This document shows positions 22,274 through 35,442 of a stretch of 64,000 bases of DNA, piece after piece; the stretch's first letter is position 1; each line of letters starts with the position of its first letter. The notes below the pieces were generated by a model, which saw only the letters and a list, made by a program, of their open reading frames with translations, had not been told where the DNA came from and did not search any database. The stretch covers positions 20,894,001 to 20,958,000 of the forward strand of contig OZ004612.1 of NCBI GenBank assembly GCA_963924565.1, in the 5' to 3' direction. Made by a program: the position numbers and the translations under genes. The DNA comes from Ascidiella aspersa (Eukaryota).

Positions 22274-23122
22274 CGAATTTTGAAGTTCGGTTTTGGATTG
22301 AAAAAGACTTGAAATCAATCAGTAATTTACTAATTTGATGATTTTAACTCAGCGTTTATAATTTTTATATAGATACCTCACAATATTATATGGCTTTATT
22401 TAAGATATTAAAAAAAATATGAAAACGCTAAAATTGAAACTTTTTATCCAACATTCATCATTCGCTTTTACCTACATTTTAAGTTATGTGTAATGTAATA
22501 TGGTATTAATGATTATGCTGTTCCTACATGTATATTGAAAATAGCTCTTCCAGCAATTTTCAATTTATTTTATCCACTGTTTGTTCTACCTATACAGGAT
22601 GCCCTCATCAGGGAATGCAACATTCCACCACACTTAACACCATGTAAATAATAACCAAAAGTAAAACGACAAAAAGGGAGATAAAATAACAAGCAAGAAG
22701 CGCTATGACAAGTAACTCAGTGGTTTTCTTTTAATTCCTGTTTGTATGGAGTTGGAAATAAAGCGTCTGTTCTTTATATTAAGGGCATCTGGCTGCTGAT
22801 GGATACACCACAATTCACAAAAATAATTAAATTTGCATGCATATAGGGGCAAAGTTGACTTCTTGGCGTCAGTGTTCTTTTACACTGTATTAAACAAAGT
22901 TCGTTTGTTTTGGGTGGTGTTAAGCATGGTGGAATTCTCCGATAAAAGCATCCTCTATAGTCTATACGTACTAGAAAGGCTGATTAAAATGAATAAGAAA
23001 GAATTTTTTTACTAAGAAAATTGTCTTAAGAACTCTGTCAGAATTAAATGGTTGTCTTGCGGGCATGAGTTACAAACAAATTTTGTTTTTCTTCAGGTTA
23101 TTTATACTATTTTTTTGGCAAC

Positions 23123-25993
23123 ATGAATGGAATTATCCTTTCCTGTGTAGTTTTGATTTTTGTGGCAAATGTGAATGGAATAAATTTCCAATTACCTATA
23201 GACACTGAGAAGTGCTTACGAGAAGAAATTCATAAAGATGTTTTAGTTACTGGAGAATACGATGTCAGCCAACAAGCATCAGTCAAAGTGTTTTTAAAGG
23301 TTTGTTATTGTTTAAGTTTAGCAATTTACCCTTCATTTGGAAATAAAGTATCAGTGACTGTGATTGTTCAGTGCAATTTATAAATATATTTATGTACTGT
23401 ACAACCTGTAACTAACAATTTTTTTGGTTAAAATTGTTTTGTCTTTTTGTTTAACCTCAGACTGAATCTTTTTCATCCCAAAGTGCATTCTCACTAATTT
23501 TTTGCGACTATGACTATGCTTAGAACTAAGAGAATAGCAGTACCACAATATTATTAGTTTCATTTTTTTCATTTCACCATAATCTAGTGGAAGACATAGG
23601 CTTTTAAAAATGCAAATTTTAACAACCTAATCTAGTTAAACCTAGTTTTACACCCTAATCCCCTAAAAATTAAACTAATAATATTTTAGAACTGCTATTC
23701 TCTCTGTTCTACACCCAAATCGATTCGGCATTTTATGCCCAAATGAACAACACCATGGCAATAATTTAGTGTTTTATTGTTTTTAATAAAATGTGGCACA
23801 TGATATTTTTTACGTGATTTAAACATATTATGTTTTCTACGAGGTCAAGTGATGTCCAGATATTTCTAAACTGATATCTTGAATCCTTTAATTATTAGTA
23901 CTGGTTTTGGCACTGCATATCATCAACCAAATTTGTTCAGATTGCGATACGATTTACTGATCTGGTGACTGATTACACAAAGGTTAACACACAACTAAAG
24001 TCTGTCTACTAACTAAACTTTTATTTAACAGCTATATAGGCTAGTTGTCTTTTTAGCCTAGCCTTGAGTCCTGATCAAGTAGATTGATTTTGGTAAGCCT
24101 TTCCGAACGCATCTTGTGTTCTTTAGGGTGAATGGCGTTTATCGCTCCTTTAGAAATTTGGAAATTTGACATACAGGGCTGAACAATTTTTAAGGGCTGG
24201 TGCAGATACACCTGTTTTGTCCCGTTGTTTTAAAGATTGTACACTCCTTTATCATATCATTTCTTTTTGATGTAGGTAACTGATTCCAATGGCCACATTC
24301 TGTTTCAAAAAGATGAAGCATCTCAAGGAAAGTTTGCGTTTACAACAGACGACTATGACATGTTCCAAATATGCTTCAACAGCAAAGCTGATTTTAAAGG
24401 TGTTTTTTAGTTGTACGAATAAATCTAAATAATTTATACTAGAAAACCAATTTTTTAAGTTAGTCTTTTAATAATGTATATTAACATAAAATTAGTTTGT
24501 CCGTTTTTTTAAAATACCAGGTTCTGGCATCCCATATTAAAATTTTATTGTTTTAGCTTCCAATATATTTTTTTAGAAAAAAATTTAAGAAACCAGTAAT
24601 TTCATTGCACTAATATATATACTATCTTTTTGTTTTTTGTAGACTGACTTGTATTTTTTGTTTTAGGTAAAATGCCACCCCAAGAAGTTCAACTAAAGTT
24701 GAAACGTGGAGTTGAGGCGAAGAACTATGATGATGTAAGAATATTTTTATAATATTGACAACAAAGTTGAAATTTATTAGGCTAAGTAGTTGCTTGAAAA
24801 CTGATGTGTTGTTGATCATAGTGGTTCTTATACTTATATCCACTGTTTTTCCCCTTAGTGTTTTCCCCTTATTTTAAAATATGTGTTATTTGCCAGAGAA
24901 CTTGTCACTATATATTTTTATTAAACAAACAAAAATATAGTAAAAGTGAATAAAAGTTTCACAAAAAAGGCTGATACATTGCTTAATGTAATGCTCTGTT
25001 TAAGATGATTTTGTTGTTTCACTAAAAAAAAATTATAATTAGACAGAAACAGCATTATATAGAGAGTGTAAGTAAACGTGACCATAAAAGTTAAACTCTC
25101 GTTTCTATGTTTTAAATTTTTTTTTTAAAGGACATGAAAAACATTCATTCCAGGCCACAAAATGTATTTGAATAGGTTAATTCATCGGAATGTTCTGTTG
25201 GGCGAAATGGCATTTTTTTGCATCTATGTAGATTAAATTGTCAGTTTGGGGGTCCATGACCTCTTTACCCCCTGAATACTACTGAAATGTATACCGATTT
25301 TATTTTAAGAAAAGTTTTGATTTGCTAATTATTAAAACATTAATTAATCATTTGTCTATGAATAATCTTTTTAATAGTATGTGAAACAAGAAAGTTTGTG
25401 AATCACTTACATGCTCATGCATGTATTTTAAGTTTAAACGAACATGATTTTAGGGTATGCGCATGCGCTATTACCCACTGCTATTGTTAGTGCCACCCAT
25501 TGTTACTCCTTCCAGTTTAAAACCACTGGTTTGTCACATTGTCATATTTTTCCTGGATTTTATTTACTCAAAATAATTTTTATAACTGCTAATTTACCAT
25601 TCAGATTGCCAAAACTGAACAACTAAAGCCTTTAGAAGTAGAACTGAGAAGACTGGAAGATTTGTCTGAATCTATTGTAAATGCTTTTGCATATATGAAG
25701 AAAAGAGAAGAAGAAATGAGGGATACTAATGGTAACATTTTTTAAAGACTTTTTAATCATTTGTGATTTATCTTATCTTAGTTTGAAATATATATTTTAC
25801 TGAAACGAAAATCCAGGTTTTATTTTACAGTTGTTTATCTTTTTTTAATTTTATATTGTATATATTTTTAGAATCCACGAATTCCAGAGTCCTTTACTTC
25901 AGCATTTTCTCCATGCTGTGTTTGATTGGTCTTGCCACTTGGCAGGTTCTCTACCTACGGAAATTCTTCAAATCTAAGAAGTTGATCGAATAG
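23123..25993 (+). CDS. TMED10: Transmembrane emp24 domain protein 10 (p24delta/TMP21), 205 aa
   Basis: Exons 23123-23299, 24276-24399, 24667-24734, 25605-25731, 25872-25993. Signal peptide, [74 protein letters not shown] segment, FFKSKKLIE-stop dilysine tail. Confidence 0.98.
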
Positions 25994-27101
25994 AGTTTTT
26001 TGTTGTTGTTATGATGTTTAGGTATTTTTATTGGTGTAAATGTGGTCCCTACTTGGGGGTTAGCATTGAAACACTTTTTATTATTGGACAGTAGGTTATA
26101 ACACAATGCAGTCAGTGTAAGTTCATGTGACTATTAAACTAGCATAATATAACTCCATTTTGACTTTTCATTTATAAAAGGTTTGAAATAGTATTTCTTG
26201 TAATAAACTTCTCTTTTCTATTTAATTGATGCGTTTTTCTGGTTTTGCATTATGGGGCTTATTAATTTGTAGTGCTTTCACCAATTTGAAGGGTGACTTC
26301 GGAATAAAAGCATTGACAAGGTTGTAAAGTGTTATTTTTTGTTGTGTGCTGAAAACTGAAAATATGTGTAGTATTGTGTATCCATCGCAGTTTGACAACC
26401 ATTTGCCTATGATTTTTGGGCATTACATATGTAATTTTGTTTAGCTAAAAAAACAACTAAGCGTTTATCACAAAATTAGTGGCAATAAGCTGCTTTGTAA
26501 AGTATGAAATTTTTAATTTACTTTTTTTGTCACCAAAATTGAAACATTGCACTTGTGTGAGTAACTTAACCCTACATATCAAGGTTCAGTGTATGTGCTG
26601 TGCGCGGAAAGCACTGTGTCTGAAGTAAATAGAATTTCTGGAGATATAGTGAATTAAACCAGAGGTACTTTCAAACTACATTTTTCCAGAGATTGCCAAA
26701 CAGGATATATCAATTCTCGTCTTCCTGTTCATGTGGTATAGATTAGCACATCCTGGCAACATATGGCTTACTATCTTGTTTAACAACGACTTCTGACCGT
26801 TTTAGGGTTTCCTTTCGTTGGGTTGTTCACAGGCTTTGTGTCTTATTGGTTAACGAAGTGCCACAACGCATAAGACAATATTGTTGGGCGCCAACTGACC
26901 GCAAACTCCATATGTTTCGCGCTTTTAGATGCATGTCGGTTTAGCCTTCCCTGGAAGTAATAACTCTGTTAGCATATAGCCTGCACAGGCGTGTGCAAAC
27001 CGCCTTTTACATATACTATACTATAATACTTTTTTACCAATTTGGCATATCAATTCAAAAGAGACATCTTAAACTCACCAAAATGATCACTTCTATTAGA
27101 C

Positions 27102-28022
27102 CAGTGATTCTCAATATTTTATGCTTCGTGGCCCCCTTTGAAAGGATCTCGACCCTCGTGGCCCCCTCCTTATGAAAATACCAAGCATTGTGTTTAACGA
27201 ATTTTGTTTTACTTATTCACGTTAATAACAAATACAGCTATCAATCAACGCACAAATGCACGTACTTTAAAAAAAACTGTACAAATAAGTCATTTTAATT
27301 TAAATTAACTTAGTTAGTCATAACAAACTTGTCTTCGACGCCGCCAAGGTATTTTTTATATTCGACTAATGAGATGATTTCTCGATTTTCCTTTTAATAA
27401 TGCGTTACTATATTAGCCTACATGACAAAAAAGCTGTCTACGAACGCTGAATGTTGACCTAAAAATGACCTTGAGTATTTGAATTTTACGATGGAAACTG
27501 AACGCCCTAAAAGGAAATTGCGAAACCGTTGCACCTGGCATTGCACACTAGTTGCTCGCCTAACAGCATTTGTCGGACACTTTATGATTAGGCGAAGTGT
27601 ATCGGCAAGTAATAATTGGCCGCACGAAAGAACGCTGACGACGCACTTCATGGCTACGTATGAAGCAGAACAGTAAATGTTTCGCCACAGCGTCAGGCCT
27701 TTAACCAAACTTACAACTCGCGAACGACCAATTAGGCGTAACTTTCCGCGATATAACAAATAAAAATGAACCAATATTCTACTTAAAACATCCTTACTGA
27801 CAAGTCAAAGCACGTGTCAGAAAAATGCGTTAAAAACGGAGGCCTACTAGAAAGGTTTACAGTCAGAATTAAAAACACAAAATTTTGTTAATTGGCATAT
27901 TTGAAAATAGTGACACTTTGGTTTTCACAATATCTAGCTAGGCTGAGATTTATGCCCGTGGCCCCCCAATGACCGCTCTGTGGCCTCCCAGGGGGGCCGA
28001 GGGCCACGGTTGAGAAACCCGG
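27102..28022. mobile_element. Non-autonomous hAT (Charlie/Buster-like) element
   Basis: TIRs cagtgattctcaa / ttgagaaacccgg, gtggcccc subterminal repeats, perfect 8-bp TSD tattagac. Confidence 0.88.
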
Positions 28023-28645
28023 TATTAGACAAATAGGAAAGAAATAATTTGAGACGCAATTAACTCTTACTTGTCTTAGTAACCATACTTTAAGGCAAAA
28101 AGGAAAATCTGGAGACAAATGAGAAATAAGTGTTGTTTAACTGATTTGCGTCATTTGGAGTCTATATATCAAGCTCTGGCGGGGGATTAATCAAATTTTC
28201 AGAACGTTTTAGTCTAGCCGCGCATATTCACCCACGCAATAAAGTTTCCGATCTGGCCTAGGAAATACCGCACTTTCGGATACTTTATTGGCCCGTAAGG
28301 GTTATTCCATGTTAATTCACCAGGCCATGTAACACATGATTTTAGATTTTCAAAATTGGTATTAAATTATTTCTCTTTGACAAAAATGACTTACGGTACT
28401 TATTTACTGAACATGACTTGAACCTTTTTCGTAAGGTCACTTCTATGCTCAAGCGTAGCTGATGTAAAGTTTGATGCTATACCAGGCATACCAGTCTCTT
28501 GCATTTTACCTGTGATATAACTTACAAAAATGGTTAAAATAACTTATAAACAAATATAATGGCGTGTGTGTTTGATGTAACAGTGAAATTTGCTGTTTAT
28601 TCTCACTTCTCAGAGTTGATTATATTCTGATGGTCGGTCTCAGCC

Positions 28646-28679
28646 CACTGATCTCTACGAAACTTCATAGAGATCAGTG
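28646..28679. mobile_element. 34-bp (17+17) hairpin between 8-bp direct repeats; P-superfamily-like excision footprint
   Basis: tctcagcc-CACTGATCTCTACGAAA CTTCATAGAGATCAGTG-tctcagcc; the same terminus recurs in longer form at 51711-51734. Confidence 0.75.
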
Positions 28680-29033
28680 TCTCAGCCAAAGTCTCTATTG
28701 AAATCACAAGTTGCGCACCTAACTCGCTCTTCGTTATAACGACATGGACGCCATCTTGTTTCCCAAATCACATAGACGCTTATAGCAGAAAAGCAAAAAA
28801 TCGCAATTTATTAACGATTTTTCCCAATTAAAAACATTTGGATGAGTGGCAATAATTAATACTAGTCAAACTAAACATTTTAGATCAGAATAAATAAAAT
28901 TTGCCTAAAATTTTATTAGGAAATTCATATTTCAAGTTAGCAGCAAATTGTCTTGTTTGACATATTTGTTTACACTGCGTAAGTCTGCATAATAACTTTG
29001 AATGTTATTTTTTTTGTTTTCCGGTGTTTGAAT

Positions 29034-29578
29034 CAGGGAGTAGAACCGGAACCGAACCTGAACCGTTTTCTGTAAGATTTTAGGGAGCTGAACCGGATCT
29101 GAACCGCATATTTTAATAGAAACTGAACCTTAACCGAACCCGAACCTGTCAAAAATACGATTCACTCCAGCATGACGTCACAACTCGTTTTTTTACATAG
29201 TTAAGTTGCAATCGTCGAAATTTTTATGAAAAAAATTAATATTTTTTAAATAAAACTTTGCTTTTATTTGTTTTAATAGGCTACTTGAATAAAGAGCTGC
29301 TTGTTTTTAATGCGTCAAGAAACTTAGATTTGTTACGATTTACAATTCAATGTTCAATCTATATATTTAAAGACCAACATTTTTAGGTTGAACGGAACTA
29401 TTATTGTATCCGAACCGGGACTTTATAAACCGGTTTTGAAAATAAATATAGTCAAACCGGAGCTGAACCGGAACTTTTTAATTGCTTCAAACCAAAACCA
29501 GAACTGAGCCAGATTCCGAAAAAATCTTTGAACCCGAACCGAACCTGAACCGGAAAAGTCAAACGGTTCGACTCCCTG
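29034..29578. mobile_element. hAT MITE with GAACC subterminal repeats, copy 1
   Basis: TIR cagggagtagaacc / ggttcgactccctg, TSD gtttgaat; homologous to 56533-57124. Confidence 0.92.
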
Positions 29579-29724
29579 GTTTGAATTTGTTATAATGATT
29601 ACATTCGTGTCTGAAACAGGGGTTTTTAAACTGGTGGCGCGCCTCCGGTTTTTAAACTGGGAGCGCGCCTCCTCTGGTGGGGCTTGAAGACGTCGCAAGG
29701 GGGGGCGCGAAGACGCTGTAGAGA

Positions 29725-30058
29725 CTTTCTACCTCTATCTTGCGGTTACTTTATCTGCTAAACGATATCTCTGTAGTGTTTTGTATATCGCTCTCCTTTA
29801 GTGTCTGCTTATATGCTCTGTATCTACTGTCTTCGAAAGAGACCGCTTTGTCTCTCGTCTATGCCAGACCTAACTTATTTGGTCCCGTGCTTCCCTACTA
29901 CTCTACCTTCTGTGATGGATTAAACAGTACAAGCTAAGACCACACAAAGTAGTCGGCAGTCCACTGTATATGATATGCCCTACACTAAAAGAGGTCGATA
30001 TATAGAATACCACAGGAATATCGTTTGGCAGATTGCCGCAAGTTAGAGGTAGAGAGTC
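29725..30058. repeat. Repeat with about 75-bp imperfect inverted arms, same family as the core of 20891-21209
   Basis: ctacctctatcttgcgg...tttagtgt is mirrored by acactaaa...ccgcaagttagaggtag; shares ccagacctaa, ttctgtgatgga and aataccacaggaata with the 21-kb locus. Confidence 0.65.
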
Positions 30059-33000
30059 GATACAGCCCCTGATAAATATTATTTTTTTAGTTCATTCATT
30101 ATGAGTTTTGAAAACACAAATAACTTTTGCGATGACGCATATTATTTTAAGCCATTTCTTCTTAGTGAGCTGAATTTGTTTTTCCATTTAATATATTCAG
30201 GTAAAGTTCACTGAATCTGACGCGATACTTACTCACTGCACAGTGCTTTTACATTTGTCCGTTTTAGGAAAAGAATCGTGGATGGGGGAACCAGGCGATA
30301 CCTCCCACCAAACTATACTTTTAGCCAAGTTCACCTATGTAAATATAATCTCTTTCGAACTTTGATCCATATGAATTCACTCTACTTAGCCCAAACGCCA
30401 ACTTCGGTTAAATTATAGGCTACCATAAATGCCAGTATTTTGAACAATATTCAAATCTCATTTAGGCCTATATGTACTTTTTGCGTCAGTATATCCACAA
30501 AATTAAAAAGTACCATCATACTAATGAATTAATTAAAAATACATCAGCGGATTTTAAGTTTAACTATAGTCCCCATGAGCGTCTGGTATAGCACTTACAG
30601 TATCACCGCATACACATAGGTTGTTTGTTTTATTTAGTGATATATTTTGCAACTCTCTGTTATGTTTGATGACATCATACATTTGTCAGTCTAATTGACG
30701 TTTTGAGCAATTATCAGTCCTAAAAAGTAAGCACTTTGACTGAATGAATGCCTTTTTTTCCATAGTAAAGTTTCCTGTTTTTGTCAATTGGCGAGCTTAA
30801 TGAGGCCTAGCAATAGGATCGAAATTAGAATAACATAAACCTAAAAGTAACACGGTTCGGAGTAGGGCTAAATTAGGACTATTATAATGTAAAATTCGGC
30901 AAACATATAAAAAAATCGGAATAATATTTACACCAGAAAAAGATCTAAACGCATCAGAAGGAGACCTATAAACAACCAGAGCAAGAATTAAATGATCTCC
31001 TACTGAATTCCAAACATTTTCCCTAAATCCATTACTAACGCCACCTAACCCGGCCATTACGCAACCTAACACCTCAAAGGGGAAACAACCCGTGCTTCGC
31101 AACCGGTGTGCCGCGACACCATGCCAGGTGTGCCCGCGCGGTGTAAAAATACTTTTTACTTTCGTTTTTTCCATAGCTACTGTTTAACTTTTATCCTAAC
31201 AATACGAAAAACGTACAGTTTAGGCAGTGATTTTGAATTTTAGAAATAATTCTAGTAAACATACTTTCTTTATTTCAAAAACTTATTATAAACAAATGTT
31301 ACCTTTAATCGCCAAAAGTCGTAATTTGGAAATGATTTTCAAATAAATTCGACTACCAGGCCATTTGCGTTCTTTTTATTATCGCCTTGGTCCGCACTTT
31401 TTTATCCTGGGTATTGTTACTCAAATTTATCTTGATTGGTGTACCAAAAATTGTTCAAACATTAGGGTATATCATGCAGTCTTTAAATGAGTTTCATTTT
31501 CCTGGTTCTATTTAGAAGCCTTGAAAAATGTCTGATCGGCCATCGTTAGGGTTAACCGAGGCAAGTCCAACGACATTAAACGGATTGTTTCAGGATTTTA
31601 AAAGCCGATGAAATTAGATGATAATAAGGGAATATAATGCGTCAAAATTCTGCGTGTATATTCTATAAACCCCCCCCCCCAATGAATCCTACGTTATTTA
31701 ATAATTCGGATTTTGGGTGTTTAGCTCAATGACCATAAACTTATTATTAGCAATCATTGATAGCAGTGTCATGCTGTTAACGTTGGACCCACTGAAATAA
31801 CTTACCTGAAGTCGTAAATCGATTAATCATTACGTAGATAGCAACCAGCAGATAACACTTATCGAAAAAGCCATGCGACTTTACGTGAACTGACACCATT
31901 GATCTGGTTTGCAATCTTAATTTCGCTATTTGCAATATGAGAACTTTTTATTGTCAATAAATTGTTTTGGATAAGTTTTGTATAATTTAAAAAAATCGAA
32001 AATGTTCTCTTGGTAAATTACGATCACACGGAAATTGTATTCAAGGCTCCAAAGTTCTTTGGCACTTAGCTAACTACAAATTGTCTCTTTAGTTCGAACA
32101 TCAAAAATTGGTCGAAGAAAAAAAAAAAACGTTAAAAAAACATTAGTTTAAAATCCCATTATTTTAATACTAAATCGGCATAAAATGACCCTGTATTGCC
32201 AATATACCTCTTTTATATGACACCATATACACAACAACTTAAAAAAATCTGAGCTTGATAAAAAAACGTGATATCACCATTTAGTGTATCACCATTTTAA
32301 TTTACGCGCTTGTTGATTTGCTAGGGTTGTACAATGTACAACCTGTTTCATCAAAACTGAAGATTCTTCAAAATTTAAACCACAGAGTGTGCTTTAATCC
32401 TATACTTGAGATAAAGATTACAACTCATGTTATGTCTACCGCTAAAGCACTTCGCTTCAACTTCATTCGGTTTGAATGTTTCTTGTAGCCTACTGGTAGA
32501 AGAACTGCCAATTTTAAAAACAAAACTTAGATAGACGTTCGCAGGCGATAAGGCCGCAAATCAGCATAAATCGCTCAAAACAAGTGATTAAAAAAAAAAT
32601 AAAAATACTGCTATGCACGCAATTTTCTGTGTTTATTAGCCTACATTAAAACAGTTTTGCTGAAATCCGCACGTATGCCAGTATTTGATTTTTTAATTTA
32701 AACTTTTACAAAGGAAAATATTATCGTTGAAACGCCCTGAGTAACTTGATCCATTTGCAAATCTAAATAGCATTGACTGTTGAGCCAAGCACAGAACCGT
32801 TTTCTTTTGGGCCATTATTTTCCGACCAGCGACAAATAAAACGTTTCTGAAAATAATGTTGTGACGCTCGACATGGATTTTTGTGTTTATACGACGCGTT
32901 TCACGACAAACAATCCAGGACAAGTCGTTTCCGTTTCGCTATTTCCTCAAGAGGAAGTAAATACAATCAAACAATTGCGCAATAGTTTTCGCCAAATTGA

Positions 33001-34140
33001 TTGATGTCGACTTGCTGATTCGCGCGACTAATCAAAACCGAGAAATGTATTATTCAAATAAGAGAGCAGCAAGCAGGCGTCTCGGTGCAACTTGTTATCG
33101 CCTAATTACACAGCTCAAGCCGATTTGGTGCCGACAGCTTCCTCTACCTTTGGCGCTGTACAAACAAAAGAATTCGCGGCGACGAATAAAAAGCATGCCC
33201 GTCACCAACCATGGCATCATTCGAAAAATGTTTACCATCCCTCGATCGTCAGTTCACGATCGCTCTAACAAGTGATTCGCAGATGTAAACTCGCTGCATT
33301 GTTTGTGACAGGGAGGTTAGAGACAGTACACTTAAAGCTTCAAGCATTTTCGGGGGTGGATTTCCATTATGGAATGTATACGTAGCCTATATAACAAAAT
33401 GAAATAGATTTTTTTAATGGAATTACAACGTTGGCAACAATATTTGCTCAGAAATAGTTTTGTACAGGCTTTAGAGTTTCAGACTTACTGCCAATGCAAG
33501 AATTGTTTATCTGTAGAATTATTGCAAGTAGTTGAGCACTGTAAGGAAAAAGGAGCACAGACGTTTATAGAAAAGTCGAATATACGACTAAAAATGTTTG
33601 CATTACGGGCATGAAAAGAAATTACTTGCAGGTAATAATAAAATTGATTTTTGTGAACTATTATCGAGCCTCGTTAGTAGCAATGTAGTTACAAAATATT
33701 GACAATTGGTTCCTCTCAAAACTAGCAACACAATGAAGCCAGGTTGGATGGTTAAGAACGGTGAATATAATTGCGATTGTGTCTGGACCTCCCGTTGCGA
33801 ACCATTATGCTCACATGAATGAAGCCAGAAAATAGGTCTTTACAGATGTTTACCCTTTGTTAATGTGCAGCGGGAAGTGTATAATAATCGTTTTAGATTT
33901 CTTGCGAAAAAATGAAGTTTCTTGCTTATTAGGTTTTATTACTGTGTTTGTAAGCAACAACGTCTAGTAATACTGTAAGAAAACTAGTACAAGATTAATG
34001 TTAGCTTTAGGCCAACATGATATGGTTTACCTTTGCAATACCCTGTTGCAATAACATTTTGTGCAGTAAAGGCAATACCATTACACTAATTGATATATAA
34101 CATAAAATTTGGTTTAAATGTTGAACATGGATGTAGTTAA

Positions 34141-34187
34141 TAAATATAAATCGCTCTTCTGGTGTAAACGAAGTATAAACCGACGTT
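34141..34187 (-). mobile_element. 47-bp insertion of the Penelope 3' tail with 14-bp TSD
   Basis: 34148-34187 is identical to 62363-62402; flanked by the direct repeat atggatgtagttaa (34127-34140, 34188-34201). Confidence 0.85.
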
Positions 34188-35442
34188 ATGGATGTAGTTA
34201 AATTTACCAGTTTTGCATCCGTTTTTTTGGTTACATTTTTAGAGTTATTAGAAGTTCATCCAGCAAAGATAGTTGTGGAATATGTGTCTTTGACAACAAA
34301 TATTATTCTTTGGTCATGGTTTGGTATTAATATTTACACAAGAGCCATCGCCGCCTTTACAGTTTGAGCGTGTACAAATAAATTATAAATGCCTGTGTAC
34401 TTTGGATCCAACTATGCTTGGTAAGGAAGGGTATAAAAGTTAAAATAAAATTGATGTCGTGACCAGCGTTGTATCAAGATTTGGTTATCATTTAACAACG
34501 ACATCCCAAACTGAAGAATTTCGTTTATTAAGTTACTAACAAAAATAAATTACAACTGAAGCTTTGTGTATTTAGTCGCCATAGATTAATGTAGTTTCGG
34601 AAATGAGTGGAAAGGGATAATTTAAAGTTTATATTTGGCACTATATACGGATCTGTTCATAAGTATACAATTTTAGGAAAATGCATAGCTATGTTGGCCC
34701 TTTGTTTTTGGCAAGCATGGATTTTAAACGACATCTTTTTTAAAAAAAAAAAGTTACTTTAAGTAGAACCTGACATGAACACAAATATTTAATTCCTATT
34801 TAGGATAACTTAACCGAATTCAGAATTTTCAATCTTCTTAGGGTTATAGGCGTTTGTATGTGATTAATATAGAAATTTCAGCCATGATTTGCGATCCAAA
34901 CACAGTAATTTTACAACAAAAAGTAAATATGAAATGATAGTAGATTACCAAATAAAGGTAACTAACAATTTCCAAAACTAGAGCAAATTAGGCCTAACCT
35001 GGAAACAATTACCTTGAACGTTTGAACTACGCCTGTCCGATGGCAATATGTTTGGTCTTAAATCGGTATCGGTATGTATTGGAATTAAATGTCACATATC
35101 GGACATCTCTAGTGATAACTACGTTTTTCAAAGTTAGGGGCATTTGGTATCCAAAGATATTGAGTATATTGATTAATTAAGGTGGGTGGCATAGATGCCT
35201 TGTGAACTGTTTGCCTACCACAGCGTCAACCTTTATTGTTAATAGCCGTCATTCACATTCGACGTATTAAATGAGGTCGATCAACTTTGACGTTAGCAGA
35301 CTTCGCAGCTGTTTACGTAACGCTCCTATTAGTTCTGCTTGTTTTATTTGTCCTCAGGTTTAGATTTGAACATACTTTTGCTTTAAAGGACCCTTGTTGA
35401 TAAGTCGTTTGCAAAGTTACGTGTGGCTCACATTTTCCGAGT

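Noticed and set aside
22590-22616. CTGATGA on the minus strand as a second hammerhead
   Set aside because: No GAAA closing a stem II and no NUH/stem I pairing; the same applies to CTGATGA near 14371, 40059 and 56358.
29423-29698. ORFs with GSGSV / RFRFG motifs (also 56527-56811)
   Set aside because: Translations of GAACC subterminal repeats of MITEs.
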